Part shown: one piece after another, positions 1 through 9,004 of the stretch
Layout: each line of letters begins with the position of its first letter
Position numbering within the stretch: position 1 is the first letter of the stretch
Origin: Pseudobacteriovorax sp.
GTDB lineage: Bacteria > Bdellovibrionota_B > Oligoflexia > Oligoflexales > Oligoflexaceae
Reading direction: 5' to 3'
DNA length: 34,584 nt
NCBI GenBank assembly: GCA_050293845.1
Contig: JBNKNM010000041.1
Location: 1 to 34,584, forward strand
Position numbers and translations under genes: made by a program
Notes under the pieces: generated by a model
Database searches by the model: none
The model's input: only the letters and a program-made list of their open reading frames with translations
What the model was told of the DNA's origin: nothing

Positions 1-71
1 ATTCGATGCTCGCCGCAGGGCTTCTCCATTCCTCCCGGCCCTAAAGAGACCGGGTTTCCTGGAGAAGTTTG
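1..71 (-). mobile_element. Left end of an IS200/IS605-family element (body lies left of the window)
   Basis: Minus strand reads TCAT|CAAACTTCTCCAG-GAAA-CCCGGTCTC-TTTA-GGGCCGGG-AGGAATGGAGAAG. This is a subterminal imperfect hairpin with a TTTA loop starting 18 nt in. The preceding tetranucleotide GAAA predicts cleavage site TCAT under the IS608 guide rule (AAAG->TTAC, GAAT->TCAA), and TCAT is present at the junction (72-75). An outer stem CTTCTCCA/TGGAGAAG spans 21-28/60-67. Confidence 0.8.
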
Positions 72-653
72 ATGAAGTTACTACATGAAACGCCCTCGCA
101 GACTGCTGGACCTTATATGCATATAGGGCTTTTACCTAATTTTATTGATTTGGATGTATATCAACATAATTTTGGCAGTAACCTTTTAGAGGAAAAGTCT
201 TCTAACCATGCCATAAAAATTCAAGGATATATATTTGATGGTGCTGGAAATCTGGTCAAAGATGGTTTTTTAGAAATTTGGCAGTTAAATGCAGAGGGCC
301 AATTTGCTAGTCGATCTGGCAAAGGAAATTGTCGTGGGTGGGGCCGAGCTTCGACAGACTTTAATACAGGCCAATACTCATTCATTACAGAGAAACCGGC
401 TGCAGCGGCGCAGTTGATACAACCAGAAGCACCTCATATTAGCTTTTGGATTGCAGCAAGGGGTATAAACATAGGGCTGAATACCCGGATGTATTTTCCC
501 GAGTATGAAGATCTAAATAACAAAGATCATGTGCTGGCTCAGGTTCCCACAGGCAGATTGGCAACCCTTTTGGCAAATCGTATCGAAGATAACACTTATC
601 AGTTTGATATACATTTACAAGGTCCGACGGAAACCGTGTTTTTTGATATATAA
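72..653 (+). CDS. pcaG: Protocatechuate 3,4-dioxygenase alpha subunit
   Basis: ETPSQTAGPYMHIGL, EIWQ, GWGR, APHI..W..ARGINIGLNTRMYF, YQFDIHLQG..ETVFFDI motifs. ATG at 72 is preferred over TTG at 69. Confidence 0.95.
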   Translation: MKLLHETPSQTAGPYMHIGLLPNFIDLDVYQHNFGSNLLEEKSSNHAIKIQGYIFDGAGNLVKDGFLEIWQLNAEGQFASRSGKGNCRGWGRASTDFNTGQYSFITEKPAAAAQLIQPEAPHISFWIAARGINIGLNTRMYFPEYEDLNNKDHVLAQVPTGRLATLLANRIEDNTYQFDIHLQGPTETVFFDI

Positions 654-687
654 GCGAGCTAGACGATTGTGAGGGTGATTCGGACCT

Positions 688-1536
688 ATGAAAAAGTTTT
701 TACCATTAGAACAGGCTATAGCTGACAATCTTCATGATGGAGATACTGTTGCCTTTGAAGGCTTCACCCACCTTATCCCCCATGCTGCAGCCCACGAGGC
801 GATAAGGCAAAGACGAAGAAATTTAACTCTTATTCGCATGACTCCCGATATCATTTATGATCAGATGATTGGAATGAACTGTGCCAAAAAACTAATTTTC
901 TCGTTTGCAGGAAATCCAGGTGTGGGGCTCTTACATCGCTTACGTGATGCTGTAGAAAATGCTTGGCCGCAGCAATTGGAAATCGAAGAGTACTCCCATT
1001 CTGCCATGGCAAACGCATGGGAAGCCGGTGCTTCAGGTTTGTCATGTGCAATTTTCCGAGGCTCTCAAGATACCGATTTAAATAAGATCAACAGTAATAT
1101 CAAGTCGATCAAATGCCCTTTTACAGAAGAGAAGTTGACAGCTGTACCCGCCCTTCGCCCTGATGTAGGAATTATCCATGCTCATAGAGCTAATAAGCGC
1201 GGTGACATCATGATTGAAGGCATTATTGGAGTGCAAAAGGAAGTGGTCTTGGCATCTAAAAAAGTTGTTGTAACGGTGGAAGAAGTGGTAGATGAATTTA
1301 AGGAACCACATCCTAATTTATGTATTCTACCGGCTTGGACTGTTACTGCCGTTTCCCACGTACCGGGTGGAGCCCATCCTTCATATACCCATGGGTTATA
1401 TAAGAGAGATAATCTGTTTTATCAGCAATGGAATGAAATAGCAGTCAGCCGTGAATCTTTTATGAATTGGATGGAGGTAAATGTTCTTAATAAGGATGCC
1501 AGTGTATTTGTTGAGCGGGTGAAACTACTAAATTGA
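688..1536 (+). CDS. pcaI: 3-oxoadipate CoA-transferase subunit A (CatI/GctA type)
   Basis: EGFTHLIP..AAHE, RMTPD, GNPGVG, EEYSH motifs; position in the pca operon. Confidence 0.92.
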   Translation: MKKFLPLEQAIADNLHDGDTVAFEGFTHLIPHAAAHEAIRQRRRNLTLIRMTPDIIYDQMIGMNCAKKLIFSFAGNPGVGLLHRLRDAVENAWPQQLEIEEYSHSAMANAWEAGASGLSCAIFRGSQDTDLNKINSNIKSIKCPFTEEKLTAVPALRPDVGIIHAHRANKRGDIMIEGIIGVQKEVVLASKKVVVTVEEVVDEFKEPHPNLCILPAWTVTAVSHVPGGAHPSYTHGLYKRDNLFYQQWNEIAVSRESFMNWMEVNVLNKDASVFVERVKLLN

Positions 1537-1590
1537 TCTTTTGTAAAAGATATGAAGCAGTAGGGACTAACGATCTAAAGGAGCCACCCT

Positions 1591-2364
1591 ATGACGGGGT
1601 TTTCATCATCGGAAATGATGACCATTGCAGCCTCAAGGGCTTTGAGCAATGATGATGTTTGCTTTGTGGGAATAGGCGCACCATCTGCTGCCTGTAACCT
1701 TGCAAGGCTAACCCATTCTCCCGATATAACACTTATCTACGAATCTGGAACCATTGGAGTTTCTCCTAGCACACTACCCCTCTCCATTGGAGATGGAGAA
1801 TTGTGCTCCACAGCTCTAACAACAGTTTCAGTACCCGAAATGTTTCGCTATTGGCTTCAAGGAGGCAAGATCAATGTCGGTTTTCTTGGTGGAGCACAAC
1901 TAGATCCTTTCGGCAATATTAATACAACAGTAATCGGTGACTATAAAAACCCTAAAGTCCGGCTACCAGGAGGTGGAGGAGCACCGGAGATCGCTTTGTC
2001 TTGCCAAAAAATATTTATTACTATGAAACAAAGTACTCGTGGATTTGTCGCAAAATTAGATTTTCTAACCTCGCTGGGACATGGATCAGGCTATGGATAT
2101 CGCTACCGTTCTGGAATAAAGACCCTCGGCCCGACACTGCTTTTTACCGATTTGGCTGTATGGGAAATCGATCGACAATCCAGTAAGTTTTGTATCGCTT
2201 CTTTGCATCCAGGAGTCACGAAACAAGATATTGAAAAAACTGTCCAATGGTCGGTACAGTACCATGAAAATCTAGAAACGACCCCACCACCGACAATTGA
2301 GGAGCTTGAGACTTTAAGGGATTTACAACAGAGAACAAAAAAAAGACATTCCAGGGAGCTGTGA
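1591..2364 (+). CDS. pcaJ: 3-oxoadipate CoA-transferase subunit B (CatJ/GctB type)
   Basis: EMMTIAA, FVGIG, LIYESG (catalytic Glu), LPLSIGDG, GFLGGAQLD.FGNINTT, RLPGGGGAPEI. Confidence 0.92.
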   Translation: MTGFSSSEMMTIAASRALSNDDVCFVGIGAPSAACNLARLTHSPDITLIYESGTIGVSPSTLPLSIGDGELCSTALTTVSVPEMFRYWLQGGKINVGFLGGAQLDPFGNINTTVIGDYKNPKVRLPGGGGAPEIALSCQKIFITMKQSTRGFVAKLDFLTSLGHGSGYGYRYRSGIKTLGPTLLFTDLAVWEIDRQSSKFCIASLHPGVTKQDIEKTVQWSVQYHENLETTPPPTIEELETLRDLQQRTKKRHSREL

Positions 2365-2365
2365 C

Positions 2366-3574
2366 ATGGTAGAAGCATTTATTTGTGACTATATCCGTAC
2401 ACCCATCGCTAAGTTTGCTGGCTCTCTCGCAGCTATTCGTACCGATGATCTCGCTGCCTTGCCACTAGCGGCTCTTATGGATCGTCATCCCCATGTAGAC
2501 TGGCATAAAGTTGACGATGTCATTTTCGGCTGTAGCAACCAAGCTGGCGAAGACAACCGCAATATAGCACGCATGGCTTCTCTTCTAGCAGGACTTCCTG
2601 AAACAGTGCCAGGGACAACAATCAATCGGCTCTGTGGCTCTGGTATGGATGCTATCTTGGCGGCATCACGAGCCATAAAGACGGGAGATGCTGATCTGAT
2701 ACTGGCTGGAGGGGTCGAAGGTATGTCTCGAGCTCCATTTGTGATACATAAAGCCCAGAAGGCCTTTTCTAGAACCTCAGCCATAGAAGATACCACCATA
2801 GGTTGGCGTTTTGAAAACCCCAAAATGAAAGCCAGTTTTGGCACCGATGCGATGCCCGTAACAGCAGAGAATGTGGCTGCTGAATTCAATATTTCGCGAG
2901 AGGATCAAGATAGATTTGCTCTTAGCTCCCAACATAAAGCGGCTCGCGCCATTGACAATGGTCGGCTTGGAAAAGAGATATTATCGGTAACAGTACCCCA
3001 GCAGCGAGCTGATCCTGTCGTCTTTGATCGCGACGAACACCCTTACCCGCGAACCTCTATGGAAGCTTTGGGACGTTTAGCTACCCCATTTCGAACAAAT
3101 GGAACCATAACAGCTGGCAATGCCAGTGGTATTAATGATGGTGCCGCTGCAATGATGTTAGCATCTTCAAAGGCTATAGAAAAATATGGGCTCACTCCTA
3201 TGGCCCGCATTGTGACTGGTACGACCGCCGGTGTAGCACCTCGTATTATGGGAATTGGTCCCGTCCCCGCTATCCAAAAACTTCTAAGCCGCACCCAGTT
3301 ATCCCTAAAAGATTTCGATATCATAGAACTTAATGAAGCATTTGCTGCCCAATGCTTAGCTTGTATGCGACAACTGGGAATTGCTGATGACGATCCTCGA
3401 GTCAACCCCAACGGAGGGGCCATTGCTTTAGGTCACCCTCTTGGAATGTCTGGCTTACGAATCTCTGGAACCGCTGCTATCGAGCTAAGAGAAAAAAAAC
3501 TGTATCGCGCTCTGGCCGCAATGTGTATTGGAGTCGGGCAAGGCATTGCCATTGCTCTGGAAAGAGTGGAATAG
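2366..3574 (+). CDS. pcaF: 3-oxoadipyl-CoA thiolase
   Basis: NQAGEDNRN, NRLCGSG (catalytic Cys), DTTIGWRF, ELNEAFA, GHPLG, MCIGVGQG. Confidence 0.95.
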   Translation: MVEAFICDYIRTPIAKFAGSLAAIRTDDLAALPLAALMDRHPHVDWHKVDDVIFGCSNQAGEDNRNIARMASLLAGLPETVPGTTINRLCGSGMDAILAASRAIKTGDADLILAGGVEGMSRAPFVIHKAQKAFSRTSAIEDTTIGWRFENPKMKASFGTDAMPVTAENVAAEFNISREDQDRFALSSQHKAARAIDNGRLGKEILSVTVPQQRADPVVFDRDEHPYPRTSMEALGRLATPFRTNGTITAGNASGINDGAAAMMLASSKAIEKYGLTPMARIVTGTTAGVAPRIMGIGPVPAIQKLLSRTQLSLKDFDIIELNEAFAAQCLACMRQLGIADDDPRVNPNGGAIALGHPLGMSGLRISGTAAIELREKKLYRALAAMCIGVGQGIAIALERVE

Positions 3575-3576
3575 AA

Positions 3577-4638
3577 ATGTATACCTTAGTATTAAAACAC
3601 CCACTGTTAATTAGTTTATGCTCTGATCCCGTATGTAACGAAGCATTTAGTTTGTCATCCGATATGAAAGCGATGCTTCGCTATGAAGATGAACTTTCAA
3701 AGGCTACAGCACAATTGGGGCTGATTCCCCAGGAGGCATCAGAAGCTATTAGTCGGGCTTGTAAGACATTCGAACCAAATGTTTTAGACTTAGAAGCTGC
3801 AACCCAAAAGGATGGGCTACACATTCCTGAATTGATACGGCAATTAAAGGCCTATGTTGGTGAACCTTACGCAACTTATGTCCACTTTGGGGCAACGAGT
3901 CAAGATCTGATTGACACCAGCCTAATGATGCGACTTTCAACGTTACTTCCCATGTTTGAAGAAAAAATAAGTAACGTGCTCCATGACCTAGCACAACTCA
4001 ATGAAGATTATGGTTCCTATCAATTTAAAGCTCATACTCGTATGCAAGTAGCCCTACCTATCACAGTTAGCCATAAGCTCCAGACTTGGTCCTCCCCCCT
4101 AGAGGAGATACGGCGTGAGCTACCTGTATTGTGCAAAAGCCTTCGCAAATTACAATTGGGCGGGGCGGTTGGAAATAGGGAAGCTTATCAAGATAAGGCG
4201 CAAGATATAGCTAAGATCCTCGCTAATAGTCTAGGCTTGGAGGACTCAGAATGTTGGCATACAAACCGACTACAACTCGTTAAACTTACTGACTGGCTCT
4301 CGCAACTAAGCGGCGTTATGGGAAAGATTGCTTGCGACATTTCTTTGCTATCGCAAAAAGAACGTGAAGTGATTGTTTTAATCGAAGGAGGGACTTCATC
4401 TTCAATGCCTCACAAGCTCAACCCTGTTAAAGCGGATGTTATCGTAGCACTATCTCGCTACCAAGCGACTCTTTCTGCATCTATGCATCAGGCCTTAATC
4501 CATGAAAATGAACGATCGGGAAGCGCTTGGACTTTAGAATGGCTGACATTACCACAGATGGTTATCATTGCTTCTGGCGCTTTGAATACACTTACGACAT
4601 TACTCCAGAACATCAAGTTTCAACAACAGAATATATAA
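3577..4638 (+). CDS. pcaB: 3-carboxy-cis,cis-muconate cycloisomerase (short, about 350 aa form)
   Basis: VHFGATSQD..DT, TRMQ.A, LQLGGAVG, SSSMPHKLNP fumarase-family signature, HENERSGSAWTLEW. Start moved to ATG 3577, just after the pcaF stop. Confidence 0.9.
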   Translation: MYTLVLKHPLLISLCSDPVCNEAFSLSSDMKAMLRYEDELSKATAQLGLIPQEASEAISRACKTFEPNVLDLEAATQKDGLHIPELIRQLKAYVGEPYATYVHFGATSQDLIDTSLMMRLSTLLPMFEEKISNVLHDLAQLNEDYGSYQFKAHTRMQVALPITVSHKLQTWSSPLEEIRRELPVLCKSLRKLQLGGAVGNREAYQDKAQDIAKILANSLGLEDSECWHTNRLQLVKLTDWLSQLSGVMGKIACDISLLSQKEREVIVLIEGGTSSSMPHKLNPVKADVIVALSRYQATLSASMHQALIHENERSGSAWTLEWLTLPQMVIIASGALNTLTTLLQNIKFQQQNI

Positions 4639-4682
4639 GGGACTTTAATAAGTAATGATTAATACACAGGAGGAAAAATCAA

Positions 4683-5738
4683 ATGAATCATTCGAAAGTT
4701 TTGATAACATGTTCATTATTACTGCTAGCAAATACTAGCGCACTATGGGCTCAAAAAACATTTCATTTCACTGTTCACCATCTGCTTAATGCTAAATCAG
4801 CAGGTCAGGTCGTACTAATAGAACCATGGGTAAAAAAAATTGAGCAAGAGTCTAAGGGGCGCCTAAAGTTCGAGATATTTCCTTCAATGTCCCTTGGAGG
4901 AAAACCTGCCGACTTATACCAGCAGTTGCGTGATGGTACCGCAGATCTTGTGTGGATGCTTCCTGCTTACACTCCTGGAGTTTTTCCTCGTTTGGAGGTG
5001 TTCGAATTACCGGGTGTCCATCAAGGAAGCGCTAAAGCAACAACCTTAGCAATACAAGACATGATGGATGCCATTAAGGAAGATATTGAAGATGTTAAGC
5101 CTATACTTATTCATGTCCACGGTGGGAACGCCCTACATTTAAGTAAGAAGAAAATTACACGTCTACAAGATCTAAAAGGATTAAAGATCCGTATTCCTTC
5201 TCGTACCGGTTCTTGGCTGATAGATAGTTGGGGGGCGGAGCCGGTAGGTATGCCCGTTCCAGCACTTCCCCAGGCATTGTCTAAAGGAACAGTCGACGGC
5301 ACGATGCTCCCATTTGAAGTAGCCATACCTTTAAAACTTACGGAGCTAATCGACAATTCAGTAGAATTATCAGATAACAGAAGATTTGGGACTTTAGTTT
5401 TTATCTTTGCCATGAATAAAAAGCGATACAATTCCCTTCCTGCGGATCTCAAAAAAATTATTGATGACAATTCTGGTCTTGCTATAGCTGGAAGTATAGG
5501 AGAAACATGGGACGAATTAGAATCGACTGGGATCGAAACTACCTTAAAAAAAGGAAAAAGCGTGTATTCTTTATCTAAAGAGGCTTCAAAGGAGTTCGAT
5601 AAACTAAATGAAAAGGTGGTTGATCGTTGGATTCGGGAGGTTAAGAAAAATGACATCGATGGAAAAAATCTTGTCGAAACCGCAAGAACCATGATTAAAA
5701 AATATACTGAAAAAAGCCGACAAAAACTAGAATTTTAG
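4683..5738 (+). CDS. dctP: TRAP transporter substrate-binding protein, probably for aromatic acids
   Basis: Signal peptide; FPSMSLGG, YTPGVFP..EVFELP, LKGLKIR (conserved Arg), ALSKGTVDG; GGAGG RBS upstream. Confidence 0.9.
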   Translation: MNHSKVLITCSLLLLANTSALWAQKTFHFTVHHLLNAKSAGQVVLIEPWVKKIEQESKGRLKFEIFPSMSLGGKPADLYQQLRDGTADLVWMLPAYTPGVFPRLEVFELPGVHQGSAKATTLAIQDMMDAIKEDIEDVKPILIHVHGGNALHLSKKKITRLQDLKGLKIRIPSRTGSWLIDSWGAEPVGMPVPALPQALSKGTVDGTMLPFEVAIPLKLTELIDNSVELSDNRRFGTLVFIFAMNKKRYNSLPADLKKIIDDNSGLAIAGSIGETWDELESTGIETTLKKGKSVYSLSKEASKEFDKLNEKVVDRWIREVKKNDIDGKNLVETARTMIKKYTEKSRQKLEF

Positions 5739-5776
5739 GCCTAAAAATTTTAGGGAAAAGGAGGAGATCCATAATC

Positions 5777-6325
5777 ATGAAGAGATATTTGGAAAAAATA
5801 ACCTTCCTGTGGGCGCTCATGGGAGGAGTACTATTACTTGTCATTGTATGCATTACAATGATAAATGTGACTGGTTTTTCCTTAAATCTTATAGCGAAGC
5901 ATTTCGGCAAGAACATATCAGGACTAACGGGGTATGAAGATGCTGTAAGCTTTGCTGTTGGAGTCGCTGCACTGTCATTCCCTCCTTATTGTCACATTCA
6001 AAAAAGTCATATAGCTGTCGATCTTTTTAATAATATGCTACCTGTTGCCTTTCAAAAAGTCCTAGTCATAATTTCTGATGTGATTATTGTTTTCATAGCC
6101 CTATTCCTTGGCTTCATGCTTCTAGCTGGGGCCGTGCAATTAGAATCTGATGGGACGCTCTCTCCAGTCCTTGAATGGCAAGTGTGGCCTTTTTTCTTAC
6201 CTGGTGCTTTTTCTTGCTTTTTGTGGAGTCTGATAGCAGGTCATGCGGTATACGATAACATTAAAATCGGAACCAAGGTTCCATTGGAGATAGATGAAAC
6301 ATGGAACGAGAACTTGTCGGCCTGA
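5777..6325 (+). CDS. dctQ: TRAP transporter small permease
   Basis: About 4 hydrophobic segments, HIAVD motif, lies between dctP and dctM. Confidence 0.88.
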   Translation: MKRYLEKITFLWALMGGVLLLVIVCITMINVTGFSLNLIAKHFGKNISGLTGYEDAVSFAVGVAALSFPPYCHIQKSHIAVDLFNNMLPVAFQKVLVIISDVIIVFIALFLGFMLLAGAVQLESDGTLSPVLEWQVWPFFLPGAFSCFLWSLIAGHAVYDNIKIGTKVPLEIDETWNENLSA

Positions 6326-7689
6326 TATCTTTAGGGATAATGATTTTACTGATCATGCTCCGTATACCAGTTGCAGTAGCTATGCTATCAGTTGCGATTG
6401 GTGGCGCCTATGCCCTTAGCATTGTAGCTCCTTTTCTACGGTTTGAGCCATATATATTACAGTTTAAGAATAGCCTTTGGTCAGTAGTTTCAAACTACGA
6501 TCTCTCAGTGGTACCCTTGTTTATTTTAATGGGCCATCTGGCAGCCGTTTCTGGACTTAGTAGAGATCTTTTTCAAGGTATCAGTGCTATTGTTGGCCGA
6601 TTAAAAGGAGGGGTTGCTTTCGCAACTATCATAGCCTGCGCTGGTTTTGGGGCTGTCAGTGGTTCGTCACTAGCTACAGCCAGTACCATGAGTCAAATTT
6701 CTTTACCTGAGCTTCGCAAACTCAAATATAGTGAAAGTCTAGCAACTGGCCTGTTAGCAGCCGGTGGGACTTTAGGGATTTTGATTCCACCCTCTGTAGC
6801 CCTCGTTATATATGCCATTGTTGTTGAAGCATCTATAATTTCTATGTTTCAGGCAGCTGTTATCCCCGGTTTACTTGCTGTAGTTTTTTTTATTTTTGTC
6901 ATTTTTATTAGTATTTGGCGAGCTCCCGACTCAGCTCCCAAGGGCGAAGCACTTTCTAAATCAGAATTTTGGCGTGCCATCAAAAGACTTATTCCTGTCT
7001 TGACCGTATTTACTTCAGTTATTCTTGGATTGGGTATGGGTTTATTCACACCGACTCCTGCAGCATCAGTCGGAGTTTTTGCAATCGTCATCTATGGGTT
7101 GGCGTTGCGCTATGCTACTGGCAAGGGACTGAGGCTAAAGGGAATCATGACTTCCCTTTTGGCAACAGCAACCACATCGGGCATGCTTTACTTCATAATT
7201 TTTGCCGCTGACGTACTCAAGGGATTTTTTGCTCGTACAAAATTACCTATCTGGCTTAGTTCCTGGGCAGCAAATTGTGGGTTAGACCCTTATATGATTC
7301 TAGTCATCATGCTAGTAACACTAATTGTTCTGGGATGCTTTCTAGACTCTTTATCAATGATATTAGTCGTAATTCCTTTCTTTTGGCCCGTTTTAGTGGA
7401 ATTGAATGGAGGAGATTTTGTTGCAGCATCCTCTGCGGCCTATGGTATGTCTAGTGATGATCTGAAAATATGGTTCGGCATTTTGTCGCTGATTGTCGTT
7501 GAGTTGGGCCTTATAACTCCCCCTGTTGGTTTAAATGTTTTTATTATCAAAAATTTTTCGCCAGAAACATCGATGCAAACTATTTTTTCGGGCGTCATGC
7601 CTTTTTTCTTTATTGAATTGGTACGGGTTCTAGCCCTAGTCTTACTGCCCGCTTTAGTTTTACTATTGCCCCATTTTTTATCCGGTTAG
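6301..7689 (+). CDS. dctM: TRAP transporter large permease
   Basis: VPLFILMG, GSSLAT, GGTLGILIPPS, FTPT, ELGLITPPVGLNVF. Confidence 0.93.
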   Translation: MERELVGLISLGIMILLIMLRIPVAVAMLSVAIGGAYALSIVAPFLRFEPYILQFKNSLWSVVSNYDLSVVPLFILMGHLAAVSGLSRDLFQGISAIVGRLKGGVAFATIIACAGFGAVSGSSLATASTMSQISLPELRKLKYSESLATGLLAAGGTLGILIPPSVALVIYAIVVEASIISMFQAAVIPGLLAVVFFIFVIFISIWRAPDSAPKGEALSKSEFWRAIKRLIPVLTVFTSVILGLGMGLFTPTPAASVGVFAIVIYGLALRYATGKGLRLKGIMTSLLATATTSGMLYFIIFAADVLKGFFARTKLPIWLSSWAANCGLDPYMILVIMLVTLIVLGCFLDSLSMILVVIPFFWPVLVELNGGDFVAASSAAYGMSSDDLKIWFGILSLIVVELGLITPPVGLNVFIIKNFSPETSMQTIFSGVMPFFFIELVRVLALVLLPALVLLLPHFLSG

Positions 7690-7772
7690 GAAGTAATGGA
7701 GATGATACAACGACTAAAAAAGAAATTTAGGAATTAAACTCACTGCTGGTGAGCCCCATAGGAGCTGAGAAC

Positions 7773-8981
7773 ATGAACCATAATATTAAAACACAAGTTG
7801 GAATCATTGGGGCTGGTCCTTCGGGTTTGCTGCTATCGCAAATCCTTCATCTACAGGGTATTAAAAGTGTAATCGTTGAATGCAAAAGCCAAGAACATGT
7901 CCTTTCACGGATACGTGCTGGGGTCTTAGAGTGGGGTAGCGTTGAAATTCTTAGAGCTGCCGGTGTTGGAGAACGCATGGGCAAAGAAGGAATTCCCCAT
8001 GACGGATTCTATATAAAAACTCCCACTGGCAAGTACCATATTGATCTCAAAGGACTCACAGGACATTCTGTGATGGTTTATGGGCAAACTGAAATCACCA
8101 AAGATCTGGTGGCAGCCAGAGAAGCAGAAAATGGAATCTTGTTTTACTGTGCTCAAAACGTAACACCCCTAGATCTGGAACAGAAGATGCCAAAAATTAT
8201 ATTTCAAAAAGATCACCAAAATTTTGAAATAGAGTGCGATTATATTATTGGTTGTGATGGCTACCACGGCATCAGTCGAAGATCGATCCCGAAAAGTGAA
8301 TATGAGAGTTATGAAAAGATCTACCCATTTGGTTGGCTGGGAGTGTTATCAAAAACACCACCCGTTTCTGAAGAACTTGTTTATGGAAGTTGTGAAAGAG
8401 GATTTAGCCTATGTTCCATGCGGTCGTTTGAGCTTTCACGTTATTATATTCAGTGTGACATCGATGATAGTACTAATAATTGGTCTGACAATAGTTTTTG
8501 GGAAGAATTAAAGATACGTATAGGATCGAAACTGGCAGACAATTTAGTAACAGGAAGCTCTATAGAAAAAAGCATTGCTCCTTTAAGAAGTTTTGTTAGC
8601 TCAACTATGAGATACAAGAAGCTATTTCTAGCAGGAGATTCAGCCCATATTGTTCCACCGACTGGTGCTAAGGGATTAAATTTGGCGATTTCTGATGTTG
8701 CTTTGCTGTCAAAGGCCTTAACAACCTATTACCGCTGCGAAGATGAAAATTCATTGCTTTCCTATTCAAACCGCGCTTTAAATCGCGTTTGGAAAGCGGA
8801 ACGTTTCTCTTGGTGGATGACAAACCTTTTACACAACTTCCCCAATAGAGCTATCTTTGATAAGAAAATGTTAGAGGCAGAAAGGGACTATTTTTTAAGA
8901 TCGGTTGCAGGCCGCACTACGATTGCTGAGAATTACGTAGGATTACCCCTTGATACAGAATTAAAGGGAATTTTGTTTTAA
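7773..8981 (+). CDS. pobA: 4-hydroxybenzoate 3-monooxygenase
   Basis: GAGPSG FAD motif, RIRAGVLE, VYGQTE, GCDGYHG, YPFGWLG, SIAPLRSFV, GDSAHIVPPTGAKGLN, AENYVGLP. ATG 7773 follows AGGAG. Confidence 0.96.
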   Translation: MNHNIKTQVGIIGAGPSGLLLSQILHLQGIKSVIVECKSQEHVLSRIRAGVLEWGSVEILRAAGVGERMGKEGIPHDGFYIKTPTGKYHIDLKGLTGHSVMVYGQTEITKDLVAAREAENGILFYCAQNVTPLDLEQKMPKIIFQKDHQNFEIECDYIIGCDGYHGISRRSIPKSEYESYEKIYPFGWLGVLSKTPPVSEELVYGSCERGFSLCSMRSFELSRYYIQCDIDDSTNNWSDNSFWEELKIRIGSKLADNLVTGSSIEKSIAPLRSFVSSTMRYKKLFLAGDSAHIVPPTGAKGLNLAISDVALLSKALTTYYRCEDENSLLSYSNRALNRVWKAERFSWWMTNLLHNFPNRAIFDKKMLEAERDYFLRSVAGRTTIAENYVGLPLDTELKGILF

Positions 8982-9004
8982 AACTAGGCGGCTTTCAGAT
9001 AACA

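Noticed and set aside
1..72. 3' end of pcaH, expected before pcaG
   Set aside because: No plus-strand frame resembles the PcaH C-terminus (FDIVLRG-like); the sequence fits an IS605-type end.
3523..3576. N-terminal extension of pcaB in the ORF track
   Set aside because: It overlaps the pcaF end and is not homologous-looking; ATG 3577 fits better.
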